From positions 1,536,001 through 1,600,000 of the forward strand of contig OZ242383.1 in NCBI GenBank assembly GCA_965209155.1: DNA of 64,000 bases. Reading direction: 5' to 3'. The notes beneath the pieces were generated by a model that worked only from the letters and a program-made list of their open reading frames with translations, was not told where the DNA came from and made no database searches. Origin of the DNA: a bacterium (GTDB lineage Bacteria > SAR324 > NAC60-12). This document shows, piece by piece, positions 38,707 through 50,229 of the stretch; position 1 is the first letter of the stretch, and every line of letters begins with the position of its first letter. The position numbers and the translations under genes were made by a program.

Positions 38707-40608
38707 ATGGTGAAATCACGTATGCGGAAAATGAATTTTTGTTCTTTCAATCTGAATCAAAATAGAGGAGGAGGTATGTCTTTAAAAAAACGAATGAACG
38801 CAGGTTTCCAATCAATCCGTAATTTTGAACATCAAATCAAAAGGAAAAAGATGGATAATCAATGGAGTATTTCAAAATTCAGTGCAACCCTGCTGGCCTT
38901 TATCATGGGGCTGGCAATTTTACTGGGCAGTCCGGCAGCCATGGCTGCCGAGAAAATGATGGTCAAAGATCCCAGCACCGGAAAAATGGTAGTCGCGCCG
39001 GAGTATGGCGGGAGCCTGACCTTCACTAAGAGAGGTTGGCCAGCAAATACGGACACCTTGGCCGGTGGCAGGTGGGCGTCCCAGTTGGTCTTTGCCGTGC
39101 TGGATAAGCCGTCTGTCGCGGACTGGGGAATCAATAGAGACACATATGCGTTGCATATGCCTTGGCCACCGGTAGATTTCCTCAGAGGGTCCCTGGTGGA
39201 ACAATGGGTGCAACCGGACGCCATCACCATTATCTTCCACCTCCGCAAGGGTGTGCACTGGCATGACAAGGCGCCGATGAATGGGAGAGAATTTACCGCG
39301 GATGACATGGTATTTAATTTTCACCGTATGCTGGGTCTGGGCAGCGGCTTCACCGAAGCAAGCCCCCAGTTGACGGCTCAACTTGCTCCGATCAAAGTCG
39401 AGTCGGTAACGGCCAGAGACAAATACACGGTTGTCTTCAAGCTAAGCGAGCCAAACATTGGGGCGCTGCAGGGTCTCGTCGACGATGAAACCGCTTATAT
39501 GTATCCTCCCGAGGTCATCAAGCAGCACGGGGATGCTAAGGATTGGAAGGTCTTGGTCGGCACCGGACCTTTTGAGCTGACTGACGTGGTCGAGGAATCC
39601 TCGGCAACCTGGACCAGGAATCCCAACTACTGGGGCTACGACGAAAAATACCCGGAGAACCGCCTGCCCTATATTGACGAGTTAAGGGCTCTGTTTTTGC
39701 CGGAAGTGGAGACGTTAATCTCGGCAATACGCACCCGTAAGGTTGATATCAGCCATAGGATGAGTGGCATTGACCAGGCAATCAGCCTTCAGCAGACCAA
39801 CCCCGAAATCCAGGTGTTTAAGGTGTTTTTCCGGTCGAATGAATCGTTTGGTGTGAACGTTCAAAAGAAGCCCTTTGACGACATCAGGGTGCGCAAGGCC
39901 ATGCAGATGGCACTGGACCTGGAAACAGCCAACAAGGCTTACTTTCATGGGTTGGCAGAAATGACACCTGTTGGGAGAAGCCGGTTCCCGGGGCAATTCG
40001 TTCCCTTTGCAGAGTGGCCCGAAGAGGTCAAGAAGGTCTTTGCCTACGACCCGGAAGGGGCAGAGGCGTTGCTGGATGAAGCCGGATATCCCCGTGGCTC
40101 GGATGGCATTCGATTCAAGACCGTGTTGAAATGGATAGATTCTTTCAATGTGGGTTATGCGGAATTAGCCACTGGATTCTGGCGTGAAATTGGCGTTGAT
40201 GTAGAGCTTGAGCTGATTCCCGGTGCCGAATTTACTCCTGTCACGGGTGATAGGGATTACGAAATGATCGTCAGCATAACGGCAAACCTCAGCCCTGGAT
40301 ACATCCACTATTCCTCAGGGTTCAACTGGAACACAGCCAACCCACAAGACCCGTGGTATGAAGCCAAGGTCGAAGCCGCCGACGCGGCTAACTCGCGCGA
40401 GGAGCTGCACGCACTGGCTCGCGAGATGGACCTGTATGCGAATGCGCAGTTCTGGACCATATGGGGTGGTATGGCCCCACAGCTTGTCCTGGCGCAGCCC
40501 TGGGTCCATGGGTATAGCAGTGAACTGAACCTGGGAAGCGGTCAATATTGGCTCCAGTATTCCCGCATGTGGATTGACTCAGCACTGAAGAAAGAAATGG
40601 GGCATTAA
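38707..40608 (+). CDS. ABC SBP family 5 (module 4); signal peptide starts at ATG 38851
   Basis: APEYGG, GTGPF, NPNYW. Confidence 0.92.
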   Translation: MVKSRMRKMNFCSFNLNQNRGGGMSLKKRMNAGFQSIRNFEHQIKRKKMDNQWSISKFSATLLAFIMGLAILLGSPAAMAAEKMMVKDPSTGKMVVAPEYGGSLTFTKRGWPANTDTLAGGRWASQLVFAVLDKPSVADWGINRDTYALHMPWPPVDFLRGSLVEQWVQPDAITIIFHLRKGVHWHDKAPMNGREFTADDMVFNFHRMLGLGSGFTEASPQLTAQLAPIKVESVTARDKYTVVFKLSEPNIGALQGLVDDETAYMYPPEVIKQHGDAKDWKVLVGTGPFELTDVVEESSATWTRNPNYWGYDEKYPENRLPYIDELRALFLPEVETLISAIRTRKVDISHRMSGIDQAISLQQTNPEIQVFKVFFRSNESFGVNVQKKPFDDIRVRKAMQMALDLETANKAYFHGLAEMTPVGRSRFPGQFVPFAEWPEEVKKVFAYDPEGAEALLDEAGYPRGSDGIRFKTVLKWIDSFNVGYAELATGFWREIGVDVELELIPGAEFTPVTGDRDYEMIVSITANLSPGYIHYSSGFNWNTANPQDPWYEAKVEAADAANSREELHALAREMDLYANAQFWTIWGGMAPQLVLAQPWVHGYSSELNLGSGQYWLQYSRMWIDSALKKEMGH

Positions 40609-40629
40609 AAGCTGTGTTAAAACCTTGTT

Positions 40630-40664
40630 CCCCCTCCCTTGGTGGGAGGGGTTAGGGGAGGGGG
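40630..40664. repeat. REP-like hairpin element
   Basis: Same as 16624-16657. Confidence 0.7.
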
Positions 40665-40670
40665 CATCAT

Positions 40671-41633
40671 ATGAGAGCCTATCTCATCCGGCGGATATTG
40701 TTGATCATTCCCACCCTGCTTCTTTTGACCATCCTGGTCTTTCTCTCGGTGCGCTTCCTCCCCGGAGATGTCGTAGACGCAATACTGGCTCGGATGATGA
40801 ATATATCAACGGTGGGGACGATTGACCGTGAAGCGCTCGAGCGTCAGCTGGGACTGGATGTGCCTGGCTACGTCCAGTATGCACGCTGGTTGGCCGGTAT
40901 TTTCCGGCATGGCAGCCTTGGCGAATCCCTGATGGGTCGAGGGGCGGTAGAGGAGCAGATAATCAACAGACTCCCAGTTACCCTCGAACTTGGCCTCCTG
41001 GCCATCGTGATTGGGTTGGTGATCGCCCTGCCGGTGGGTATCTATTCGGCGATTCGCCAGGATACCGCTGCCGACTATGCAGGGCGCTCCATCGCCATCC
41101 TCGGCTTGGCCACGCCGAACTTCTGGCTGGGAATCATGGTCATGGTCTACCCGGCCATCTGGTGGGGCTGGTCGCCCTCGATGGAGGTGATTCCTTTCAC
41201 CGAAGACCCGCTGGGCAATCTCGGGATGTTCTTCATTCCCAGCCTGATTCTGGGGACAGCCTCGTCTGCCGCCATCATGCGGTTGACGCGCACCATGATG
41301 CTGGAAGTGCTGCGGCAGGACTATATCCGCACCGCCTGGTCCAAGGGGCTCCGGGAGCGGGTCGTCATAATCCGGCACACCATCAAAAATGCCCTCATCC
41401 CGATCGTGTCCCTGGTCGGCCTGCAGTTGCCGATTCTGGTTGGCGGCTCCGTGATCATGGAAAACATCTTCAACCTGCCGGGATTAGGTCGTCTCTTGCT
41501 GAGTGCCCTCACTGACCGGGACTACCCGATGGTCTCCGGAGTCAACCTGTTTTTCGCCACCGTGGTGTTGGGGATCAATCTTCTGATCGATCTGCTTTAT
41601 GCGTATTTGGACCCGAGGGTGCGTTATGAGTAG
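40671..41633 (+). CDS. ABC permease, DppB type (module 4)
   Basis: DYIRTAWSKGL. Confidence 0.93.
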   Translation: MRAYLIRRILLIIPTLLLLTILVFLSVRFLPGDVVDAILARMMNISTVGTIDREALERQLGLDVPGYVQYARWLAGIFRHGSLGESLMGRGAVEEQIINRLPVTLELGLLAIVIGLVIALPVGIYSAIRQDTAADYAGRSIAILGLATPNFWLGIMVMVYPAIWWGWSPSMEVIPFTEDPLGNLGMFFIPSLILGTASSAAIMRLTRTMMLEVLRQDYIRTAWSKGLRERVVIIRHTIKNALIPIVSLVGLQLPILVGGSVIMENIFNLPGLGRLLLSALTDRDYPMVSGVNLFFATVVLGINLLIDLLYAYLDPRVRYE

Positions 41634-42567
41634 GACCAAGCGACGAGGTCGGCTGGCGGATTTCTTGATCAGGCTGGTCAAGGAGAAGCCCGTGGGGGTT
41701 CTCTGCGGGGTGATCATCCTGCTCTTGATTTTTGTGGCGATCTTCGCCGATGTTCTGGCGCCTTATGACCATTATAAAATGCACCTGCTAGACCGGTTGA
41801 AGGGCTCGTCCGCCCAGCACCTGCTGGGGACCGACCACCTGGGGCGAGACTTGTTGAGCCGCCTGATCTTCGGGGCTCGAATTTCGTTACTGGTCGGTCT
41901 GATCGCGACCACGATCAATGTGGTCGTCGCTGCCCTGATCGGCATCATTTCCGGATTTATCGGCGGGAAAGTGGACCTGGCGGTTCAGCGCTTTGTCGAT
42001 GCCTGGATGGCCTTTCCGGGGCTGCTGCTCTTGTTAACCATCATGTCCATCGTGGGACAGGGGCTGTTCCAGGTCATCGTGGTCCTGGGAATCACCGGAG
42101 GCATCGGCGGTTCCCGAGTCGTCCGCGGCGCCGTGATCGGCATTAAAGAAAATGACTATTTTCTGGCCGCCCGGGCCGTGGGCGTCCCCACGACCCAAAT
42201 CCTGGTCCGCCATGTGCTGCCCAATATTGCGCCTGTCCTCATTATCGTCTTCAGCATCAACATCGGGGCGGTCATCCTGTCCGAGGCGGCGCTGAGCTTC
42301 CTCGGATTCGGACTGCCCCCCGGTATTCCCAGCTGGGGAGGGATGCTCAGCCGGGAAGGACGGCAATACATGGAGTCCGGGCCCTGGCTGGCGCTCTGGC
42401 CAGGGCTTTTCCTGACGATTGTCGTCTACTCCCTCAACATGTTCGGCGACGCGGTCCGCGACCTGCTTGATCCGAGGCTCAGGGGCGGAGAGGGCAGTTA
42501 CGGCACCACGATGGTGAAACGCAAACGAGGCCTGCTTGCCCGGCTGATCTCCCCTTTCAACGGGTAA
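41626..42567 (+). CDS. ABC permease, DppC type (module 4)
   Basis: LGTDHLGRD, PSWGGML. Confidence 0.93.
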   Translation: MSRTKRRGRLADFLIRLVKEKPVGVLCGVIILLLIFVAIFADVLAPYDHYKMHLLDRLKGSSAQHLLGTDHLGRDLLSRLIFGARISLLVGLIATTINVVVAALIGIISGFIGGKVDLAVQRFVDAWMAFPGLLLLLTIMSIVGQGLFQVIVVLGITGGIGGSRVVRGAVIGIKENDYFLAARAVGVPTTQILVRHVLPNIAPVLIIVFSINIGAVILSEAALSFLGFGLPPGIPSWGGMLSREGRQYMESGPWLALWPGLFLTIVVYSLNMFGDAVRDLLDPRLRGGEGSYGTTMVKRKRGLLARLISPFNG

Positions 42568-42791
42568 AGGCGCAAAAAATTGTTAAGTTTCAGCAAAATG
42601 ACAATCTCTATGTGATGTGAAAATATGTCAGAATCGGGTAAGCTCCAGCTTCTTGTTCGGCCTTTTGCTCATTCTCTGTTTGGCTCAATTTTTCCTGAAC
42701 CCAGAGATTGAGTAGGGTCTCCTCTTCTCCTGCTTTGTGGCCGGCTTCTTTAAGTGGAAACTTTGGGCGATTTTCTAATACTTCAATGACT

Positions 42792-43619
42792 TCAGGAAAA
42801 ATATTGATACGCATTTTTAAAAAGCTGCAAACCTTCTCCTTCTTCTTTCTGATGTGACAAACGAGTCCAATGAGGATGGTTCGTGTAATGATGGTAAGCT
42901 TCTGGATGCGGCATGAGCCCCATCACGTTGCCTTTCGCATTGCACAGCGATGCGATTCCCCAGGGCGAACCATTCGGATTGTCGGGATAACGCTCGGTCG
43001 CTTCTCCTTCTGGCGTTACGTATTGCAGAGGAACCTGATTGCGCAACAGTAGTTGTTGCAGTAGCCCTTCGCGGTTGCCTTCAATGCGGCCTTCGCCATG
43101 ACGGACCGGTAAATATAATCGCTGGATGCCTTTGGTGTATACGCAAGGAGACGCGGAATTGACCTTCAAATGAACCCAGCGATTCTCGAATCGATGCCGG
43201 GTGTTACTGGTCAGTGAAACTTGCTGGTGGCAGACGATACGGCTTCCTTGCCGTGAAAGCGTTTCAGGCAGCAAACCGAGCTTGACGATCACTTGGAATC
43301 CGTTGCAGATACCAAGCACCAAATGGCCTTTTTCCACGAATGTCAACAATTGTTCCTGTAAGGGAAGACAGGACTTGCCGGATAAGCCGTATTTGAAACG
43401 ATTGGCTCCCACGCGACCGGCTCCCAGGTCGTCTCCATCCAGAAATCCGCCGATTAAAATCAGGAATTGATAGTCTTGCAATCGTATGATGCCACGCATG
43501 AGTTGAGAAGTGTGGACCACGTCGACTTCCCCTCTTCCCGCGAGGCGACAACAATATGCCGTTTCTTTCTCGCAATTGAGACCATAACCGGACAATATCA
43601 AGGTCTTCGGACGTGTCAT
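42792..43619 (-). CDS. purQ: FGAM synthase glutaminase subunit
   Basis: GGFLDGDDLGAG, LGICNGFQ, LMPHPE. Confidence 0.93.
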   Translation of the reverse strand: MTRPKTLILSGYGLNCEKETAYCCRLAGRGEVDVVHTSQLMRGIIRLQDYQFLILIGGFLDGDDLGAGRVGANRFKYGLSGKSCLPLQEQLLTFVEKGHLVLGICNGFQVIVKLGLLPETLSRQGSRIVCHQQVSLTSNTRHRFENRWVHLKVNSASPCVYTKGIQRLYLPVRHGEGRIEGNREGLLQQLLLRNQVPLQYVTPEGEATERYPDNPNGSPWGIASLCNAKGNVMGLMPHPEAYHHYTNHPHWTRLSHQKEEGEGLQLFKNAYQYFS

Positions 43620-43626
43620 GCATCCT

Positions 43627-46600
43627 TCATGTTTGTAAGGTAGTCTGCCAGCTTTCTTTCAGCGATGTAATCGAAGCCTGAATCAATACGGTTGATTTTT
43701 CCTGTAAGTTATCGGATTGCCTCCTTCCGCTTACCGGTCCGATTGAAACGACGAATTGCGGAGATTCCGTAACCTGTCCTAAGCAAAAGCAGTGCTGAGT
43801 GGCAAACGAGTTTTCGAAGGCATTACGATGTTGGGAAGCAACGGTTACAACAAAACGACTGGCGGATTCTGAAAATAGAAATTGGTCGGCGCGCAGACCT
43901 GTTTGCTCCAACGGATTACAAATATCGACCTGCATTCCCAATCCCCCGGCAAAAGAGGATTCTGCCAGGGCGACTGCCAGACCACCATCGGAACAATCGT
44001 GACAGGAGCGCAGCCATCCTGCTTCAATTGCCCGGTTCAATTTTATATAACGGGACCTGGCAGTTCTGCCATCCACTTTCGGGACATTTTTTCCCAGAAA
44101 CCCCAAGTGGTCGTAATATTCAGACCCTCCCAATTCATTTTTGGTTTCTCCCAGCAGATATATCCAATCCCCTGCTGTTTTGACATCCATGGTGACGGTT
44201 TTTCGCACGTCTTTGATTTTGCCCACGGTGGTGAAGAGGAATGTGGGAAGGATGGCTATATGCGTGTTGCCGAAACGATAATCATTCTTCATACTGTCTT
44301 TGCCTGAAATACAAGGCACGCCATAAAGGGTGGTGAAATCATAGAGAGCTTTGTTGGCACGTACCAACTGCGCCAGTTTGTGGGTACCATCCGCATTCGA
44401 TTCTGAGGCAATCGGATCGCACCAACAGAAATTATCCAATCCTGCCATCTGATCCAGACTACCGCCTACGGAGATGATATTGCGTACCGCTTCGTCGATA
44501 GCGCAGGCGGTCATATGGTAGGTATCGATATCACTGTAGCGTGGGCAGATTCCGTTGGCAATGGCCAGCCCTTCCATAGATTCCAAAACAGGGCGAATCA
44601 CTGCCGCGTCACTGGGTCCATCATTGTGAACACCAACCAAAGGTTTGATCACGCTACCTCCCTGGACTTCATGGTCATATTGTCGGATAACGCTTTCCTT
44701 GCTGCACACATTCAAACGGCCCAGCAGGGTGTGGAGGATCGCCGTCAGGTCGCTGGGAGGAGCAAAATCCGGTTCCTGGCAGTGTGGAGGATCCCAAATC
44801 GCTTCCAGCTTCATGGTGGGAACTCCCTCATGAAGAAAATCCATATCCAGCATGGCCACCGTTTTGTCTTGATAGGTCGCTTTCAATAATCCGCAGTCGT
44901 TGAATGTTCCCAGCGTGGTCGATTCCACGTTCATCGATTCAGACAAAACAAGAAATGACTCCAAATGTTCGGAAGGCACGGCAACCGTCATGCGTTCCTG
45001 AGCTTCTGAGATAAAAATTTCCCAAGGCTGCAAACCCGGGTACTTCAAGGGGGCTTTGTCCAGTTGCAAATGGAATCCATTGGAAAGTTGAGCCATTTCA
45101 CCCACCGAAGATGAAAGTCCACCTGCTCCATTGTCGGTAATGCAGCGATACAATCCGCGGTTCCGTGCTTCCAAAAGAAAATCAAACATACGGCGTTGCA
45201 CGATGGGATCGCCGATTTGTACAGCTGTAGCGGGTGAGCCTTCTTGTAATGCGTCGGAAGAGAAGGTGGCTCCGTGAATACCATCTTTGCCAATACGTCC
45301 TCCCACCATGACAATGACGTCTCCGGGGAGGACACGCTTCTGGTGTGACGGACTTCCCTTGACTTGAGCGGGTATCAAACCTCCCGAACCGCAAAAAACC
45401 AAAGGTCTGCCAAGAAAGCGTTCATGAAAAACAACGGCTCCGTTGATCGTGGGAATGCCACTTTTATTACCTCCGTGTTCAACACCAAGGCGGACGCCTT
45501 CAAATATCCGCCGGGGATGCAACAACCGGGCGGGCATTGGTTTGTCATAAAAAGGGGAGGCGAAACAAAAGACATTCGTGTTGAAGATTATTTCCGCCCC
45601 TGAACCGGTTCCCATGATATCCCGATTGACTCCCACGATGCCGGTTAAAGCGCCACCATAGGGATCCAAAGCGGAAGGAGAATTGTGGGTTTCCACTTTC
45701 ACGGCGACATGCCATTTTTCATTGAAGCGAATGATCCCCGCGTTATCAGAAAATACGGAAACGCACCAGTCTGTTTCGCCCAAGGATTCCCGGATTTGAG
45801 CAGTAGCGCCTTTCACATAGGTTTTGTAGAGTGAATCGATCGATTCGATCTCTCCTGTAGTGGAATCCGAATAATTGATAGTTGCATTGAAAATTTTATG
45901 TTTGCAGTGCTCAGACCAGGTTTGGGCCAGTACCTCGAGTTCGACATCTGTGGGATCTTCACTGATCCCCTCCTCGAGCCGGCGTTGACGAATGTGTGGT
46001 TGTTGAAAATAATGCAGAATCGTGTCGGCTTCTTCGAAACTCAAGGCCAACGTCCTTTGTCGACTCAATTCCAATAACGCGTCGGTAGATTTTAAAGCGA
46101 AACTCCGCACCCGGATGGGATCTGACAATTGAACCAAAGGCAGGGTGCGTAATGCTTCCCGGGAAGCTGCCCAGTCGGCTTTGGAAAGAATGATTGCATT
46201 TTCGATGAGTTCATTCATGAGAAATTGACGGGACAATGCTTCCAACTGCTGACGAGTGAACCTACCCTTAAAAAAATAACCTTTCACTGAATGGACATGG
46301 TGCCCTGGCGCAAAAGGCCGTTGGAGCCATAACTCAAAGGTTTCCTGCGCAGTTCGCCCAATATTGTCGGTTACTCCCGGACGAAAACCGATTTCCACAT
46401 ACCAATCGAAATCCAATTCGTCGCCGAAAAAAGTATCTACCCGACATTCATGTAACACCGGATCCGCTAAAACTGCCCGGCATAACTGCTCCGCATGCGA
46501 AGTGTCGATCGACGAAAAAAAAATAAATCCCGACAGAGTGCGAATTTCTTCGATGGATGGGAGGGTCAGCGGGAAGTTGAGTTGGGAAGCATCTTGAAGT

Positions 46601-46671
46601 TGCTTTTGTAATTTCAAACCTTGTGGATCTTTCAACTGCGGTTTGATGATCAATTCAATACGGTGGATCAT
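43627..46671 (-). CDS. purL: Phosphoribosylformylglycinamidine synthase large subunit
   Basis: QTWSEHCKHK, KVETHNSPS, DNGAGG, SEAQERM; RBS GGAGG before 46671. Confidence 0.95.
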   Translation of the reverse strand: MIHRIELIIKPQLKDPQGLKLQKQLQDASQLNFPLTLPSIEEIRTLSGFIFFSSIDTSHAEQLCRAVLADPVLHECRVDTFFGDELDFDWYVEIGFRPGVTDNIGRTAQETFELWLQRPFAPGHHVHSVKGYFFKGRFTRQQLEALSRQFLMNELIENAIILSKADWAASREALRTLPLVQLSDPIRVRSFALKSTDALLELSRQRTLALSFEEADTILHYFQQPHIRQRRLEEGISEDPTDVELEVLAQTWSEHCKHKIFNATINYSDSTTGEIESIDSLYKTYVKGATAQIRESLGETDWCVSVFSDNAGIIRFNEKWHVAVKVETHNSPSALDPYGGALTGIVGVNRDIMGTGSGAEIIFNTNVFCFASPFYDKPMPARLLHPRRIFEGVRLGVEHGGNKSGIPTINGAVVFHERFLGRPLVFCGSGGLIPAQVKGSPSHQKRVLPGDVIVMVGGRIGKDGIHGATFSSDALQEGSPATAVQIGDPIVQRRMFDFLLEARNRGLYRCITDNGAGGLSSSVGEMAQLSNGFHLQLDKAPLKYPGLQPWEIFISEAQERMTVAVPSEHLESFLVLSESMNVESTTLGTFNDCGLLKATYQDKTVAMLDMDFLHEGVPTMKLEAIWDPPHCQEPDFAPPSDLTAILHTLLGRLNVCSKESVIRQYDHEVQGGSVIKPLVGVHNDGPSDAAVIRPVLESMEGLAIANGICPRYSDIDTYHMTACAIDEAVRNIISVGGSLDQMAGLDNFCWCDPIASESNADGTHKLAQLVRANKALYDFTTLYGVPCISGKDSMKNDYRFGNTHIAILPTFLFTTVGKIKDVRKTVTMDVKTAGDWIYLLGETKNELGGSEYYDHLGFLGKNVPKVDGRTARSRYIKLNRAIEAGWLRSCHDCSDGGLAVALAESSFAGGLGMQVDICNPLEQTGLRADQFLFSESASRFVVTVASQHRNAFENSFATQHCFCLGQVTESPQFVVSIGPVSGRRQSDNLQEKSTVLIQASITSLKESWQTTLQT

Positions 46672-46763
46672 ACCTCCCACATTATCGAGAGATTGAAAGC
46701 ATGGGAAAACTCTATCCTGGTGCTTAATTGCAAATGGCACAAAAAAGAAACACCTTCCCTCGT

Positions 46764-47165
46764 TCAATTAATATTTTTTGGAGGAGGCATGACTGTATGC
46801 CGGACATAAAGCGATTCAAATCGTCGGCGCAACCATTGTTTGAAATAAATTCGCGTTGCCGGAATGAGCAGCAGGAATCCGGCAAGATCCGTAAGAAAAC
46901 CGGGAGTAAGCAACACTATTCCTGCCACCACAATCAGTAACGCGTCGATTAAATCTCCAGCAGGCATTACCCCTTGCTGAAGTTGTTCACGAACCTTGAA
47001 CATGGTTTTCAGTCCTTGCGTTCGTGCCAAAGATGCACCCAAAATGCCGGTACCAATGACGATCAGGACTGTCGTCAACGCCCCGAAAACGGAACCCACT
47101 CGAATCAATAAATAGATTTCAACGACTGGTATGAGCGTGAAAGCCAGGACCAATTTCCAAAACAT
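46764..47165 (-). CDS. fxsA: FxsA family membrane protein
   Basis: PVVEIYLLI, LLTPGFLTD. Confidence 0.9.
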   Translation of the reverse strand: MFWKLVLAFTLIPVVEIYLLIRVGSVFGALTTVLIVIGTGILGASLARTQGLKTMFKVREQLQQGVMPAGDLIDALLIVVAGIVLLTPGFLTDLAGFLLLIPATRIYFKQWLRRRFESLYVRHTVMPPPKNIN

Positions 47166-47353
47166 GAACCCCCCACAGGAAAACCAATAAATCAAAAGAT
47201 CCCACATTGAAAATATGACATGAATTGTTGCCATTCAACAGTTTAAAATGAAAAAGGTCTTTTTCTCATTTTTCAAATATTGTTTAAGTCAGAAAAATCT
47301 GGTAGCTTCAGCCTATAATAATGGACTCGAGTGACAGGGGAAAGGACAGTAGC

Positions 47354-48052
47354 ATGTCAGCTGATGCGGTTGTAATCATCCCTGCCGCAGGTCAGGGGAA
47401 GCGGATGGCCGCGGGCCAAAATAAGTTGTTTCAGCCCTTGGGCGCTCAAACCGTTATACAACACACTCTATCTCTTTTCTTAACCCATCCCCGGATTTCC
47501 CGGATTTATTTAGTAATAGCCAAACACGACAGAGATCGTCTTATGTCCTGGACTGAAGGAGAGAGACGCATCACATTGGTAGCAGGTGGAGCGAGACGTC
47601 AGGATTCAGTTTTCAATGCCCTGGAACGGATTCGACAAGAGCCGCTTCCACAATGGATCCTGGTTCATGATGGAGCCCGACCTTTATGTTCTCCTACATT
47701 GGTCGATAGAATTCTGGAAGAGTGCGCACGGACAAATGCGGCAATACCGGTGATTCCATTGACGGACACGATTCGACAATTTCAGCACTGTGGCAGCCAG
47801 GTATTGAATCGTTCCCGGCTTTTTGCCACACAGACCCCGCAGGGATTCAAGTCCCGGTTACTGATCGAAGCCTATCAAGCCCTGCAAAAGCAAGGATGGC
47901 AAACTACCGATGACGCTTCTATCGTGGAACTTTGGGGCCATTCCGTCTCCCCCGTGGAGGGGGATGCCGGCAATTTGAAGATCACGACGCAACGGGACCT
48001 GCAGTTCGCCGAATGCTGGTTGGATATGAAAACAAATTCTTCAGGGACTTGA
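47354..48052 (+). CDS. ispD: 2-C-methyl-D-erythritol 4-phosphate cytidylyltransferase
   Basis: PAAGQGKRM, GGARRQDSV, VHDGARP, QTPQ, NLKITT. Confidence 0.95.
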   Translation: MSADAVVIIPAAGQGKRMAAGQNKLFQPLGAQTVIQHTLSLFLTHPRISRIYLVIAKHDRDRLMSWTEGERRITLVAGGARRQDSVFNALERIRQEPLPQWILVHDGARPLCSPTLVDRILEECARTNAAIPVIPLTDTIRQFQHCGSQVLNRSRLFATQTPQGFKSRLLIEAYQALQKQGWQTTDDASIVELWGHSVSPVEGDAGNLKITTQRDLQFAECWLDMKTNSSGT

Positions 48053-49200
48053 ATGAAGCGACTATGGCCGTTTGGGGTGATAGCCTTTCAAAAGGATGCC
48101 CTTCAGCCTTTTCTCTCTCACACCGGAATGATGCTCACCTATGATTTACTGCGCATTTTTATTTTTGTGGATTCCCAGTCCAGCCTTGAGCGAATCGACG
48201 GAATCATAGATTTTCTGGACGTGGAGGAGCCACTCGATTTGAAACAAGTGATGACGGTCTACAAAATAAAGCACACCCAAGTCGAGGAAACCCATAGTTA
48301 GGTGGAACAGAGACCACTGATTGTGCCTGACGAACGCCTTAACTGGTTGATTATTTATGCCGACCAGCAAAGGACGGAACGAATCTTGAATTTAATCAAC
48401 AAATTAGATCTTCCCACTGAGAAGGAAGTTGCTCGCAGCAAATTCAAGTTGTATTCACTGCAACATGCAGTGGCCAAAGAAGTCGCCATATTACTCAAAG
48501 AAGTAAATGGCAGCATATTCGACGTAGCCAAAAACGGAAAAGCAGCCAATCCGGCACTTGAATCGCCAGCCCATTCGAACTCGAGAAAAGATGGGCAAGT
48601 GGATGAGGACAATATTTCAGATCGAGCAACTAAAACCGAGCAAAATCAGGAAACAGCCGGTCAGATTTCCATCACAGCGGATGAAACAACCAATACCTTG
48701 CTTGTTTTCGGCCCGACTGAGATTTTTACCTCGCTGGATAACATTATAGAGCAGGTGGACATCCCCAGGGTTCAGGTATATATTGAAGCCCTGATCATGG
48801 AAACCAGTTTGAGTAAGAGCCTGGACTTCGGAGTCGAATGGACTGCGCGGACTTCGGGTGGGGACACATTAATCAGTGCGGGTATTCCAGACGCTGCACC
48901 TTTAACGGTTGAAGAGGCAATACAAAACTCAGGGACGAGCAGTATCGGGGTAGTGAGCGGGGGATCTTTGATATTTGAGGGGCAAACCTTTCTCAGTTTC
49001 GGCGCGTTTGTACGAGCGGTGCAGAATGATGCAGACATCAACATCCTGGCCCACCCACAATTGATGATGCTGAACAATGAAGAAGCCACCTTGAATGTTT
49101 CCCGCGTGGTTCCGGTAGCGACGAAGACGGTCGTTGATGCAAATGGAAGGGTAACGGATCAAATCAAATTTCGCGATGTAGGGGTGATTGCTACGATAAA
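48053..49200 (+). pseudogene. gspD: Type II secretion secretin (GspD-like) remnant
   Basis: ADETTNTLLV, QVYIEALIME, NILAHPQLMMLNNEEA, RDVG; in-frame TAG at 48299-48301; no signal peptide or C-terminal barrel half. Confidence 0.75.
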
Positions 49201-49328
49201 AGGGATGTCCCTACGACAAAAATCATTTCGTGAGCTGCTGGAGGAAAAAGGATCGCCCCAAGAACAGTTCAATCGATGACATAAGGTGCTCCAGGAAGGA
49301 GCATCGCAAGCCCTCAAAGGACGAGCAT

Positions 49329-50159
49329 ATGGAAATGGTAAATGAGCAAGAAAATGGTCTCATATTTCCCAATCCCCACAATCCCCTGGAAATCAAGATT
49401 CCAATATTTGAAGGTCCGCTAGACCTATTGTTGCATTTGATTCGTAAAAAAGAGTTAGACATTCATGAATTAGCATTGGCAGATTTGACCAGTTCTTATT
49501 TGGCATATTTAGAGTTGATGGATTCGGTGAACCTGGATTATGCAGGTGAATTTCTGGAAACTGCCGCCACCTTGATCTGGATCAAATCAAAACATCTTTT
49601 GCCACAAACACCTAAGGAAGAACGGGAAGAGAAAGATCCGGAAGAGCAATTACGACGTCAACTCATTGAATATCAAACATTCAAGGAAGCAGCTTTTTTA
49701 CTAAGCAGTTTCGATATGCTGGGGCGTGATATTTTCAATCGCCCTGATCTGGAAACGCAAACTGAAGAGGAAACGACAGAGAGTCCCGATGTTTTTAAAG
49801 AGGTTTCTCTTTTTGGGCTCATGGAAGCATTCCGTCAGGTGATGGAGCGTCCTCGAAAAAATGTCCACGTGATCGAACAAGAAATTTATCGCACGGAAGA
49901 TCGTATTGAAGAGTTGATCCAACGGCTTCAACTCAAACCACGCTATCAGTTTGAGGAATTTTTTACTGACGATTGTTCCCTTGACGTATTGATCATTACC
50001 TTCATGGCCATCTTGGAGATGGTGCGACTGCGATTGATCCAGGTAGAACAAAGCTCCGCCTTTGCTCCGATTTATTGCTGTATTGGCGATGAATTTCCGC
50101 AGCAAGTGAATTTGTGGCATGAACTGCAACAACCACAACGCGCACAAATCGTTGCTTGA
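49329..50159 (+). CDS. scpA: Segregation and condensation protein A
   Basis: FEGPLDLLLHLI, AGEFL, TFMAILEM. Confidence 0.93.
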   Translation: MEMVNEQENGLIFPNPHNPLEIKIPIFEGPLDLLLHLIRKKELDIHELALADLTSSYLAYLELMDSVNLDYAGEFLETAATLIWIKSKHLLPQTPKEEREEKDPEEQLRRQLIEYQTFKEAAFLLSSFDMLGRDIFNRPDLETQTEEETTESPDVFKEVSLFGLMEAFRQVMERPRKNVHVIEQEIYRTEDRIEELIQRLQLKPRYQFEEFFTDDCSLDVLIITFMAILEMVRLRLIQVEQSSAFAPIYCCIGDEFPQQVNLWHELQQPQRAQIVA

Positions 50160-50229
50160 GCAATGCGGTGGTTCCCGAAGAAAAAAATCCGAACACCATT
50201 CCTGTTATTTTCTTTTTCTAAAGATTGCT

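Noticed and set aside
37528..40982. dppB shard as a diversity-generating retroelement template repeat
   Set aside because: No reverse transcriptase in the window, and the differences are not confined to adenines
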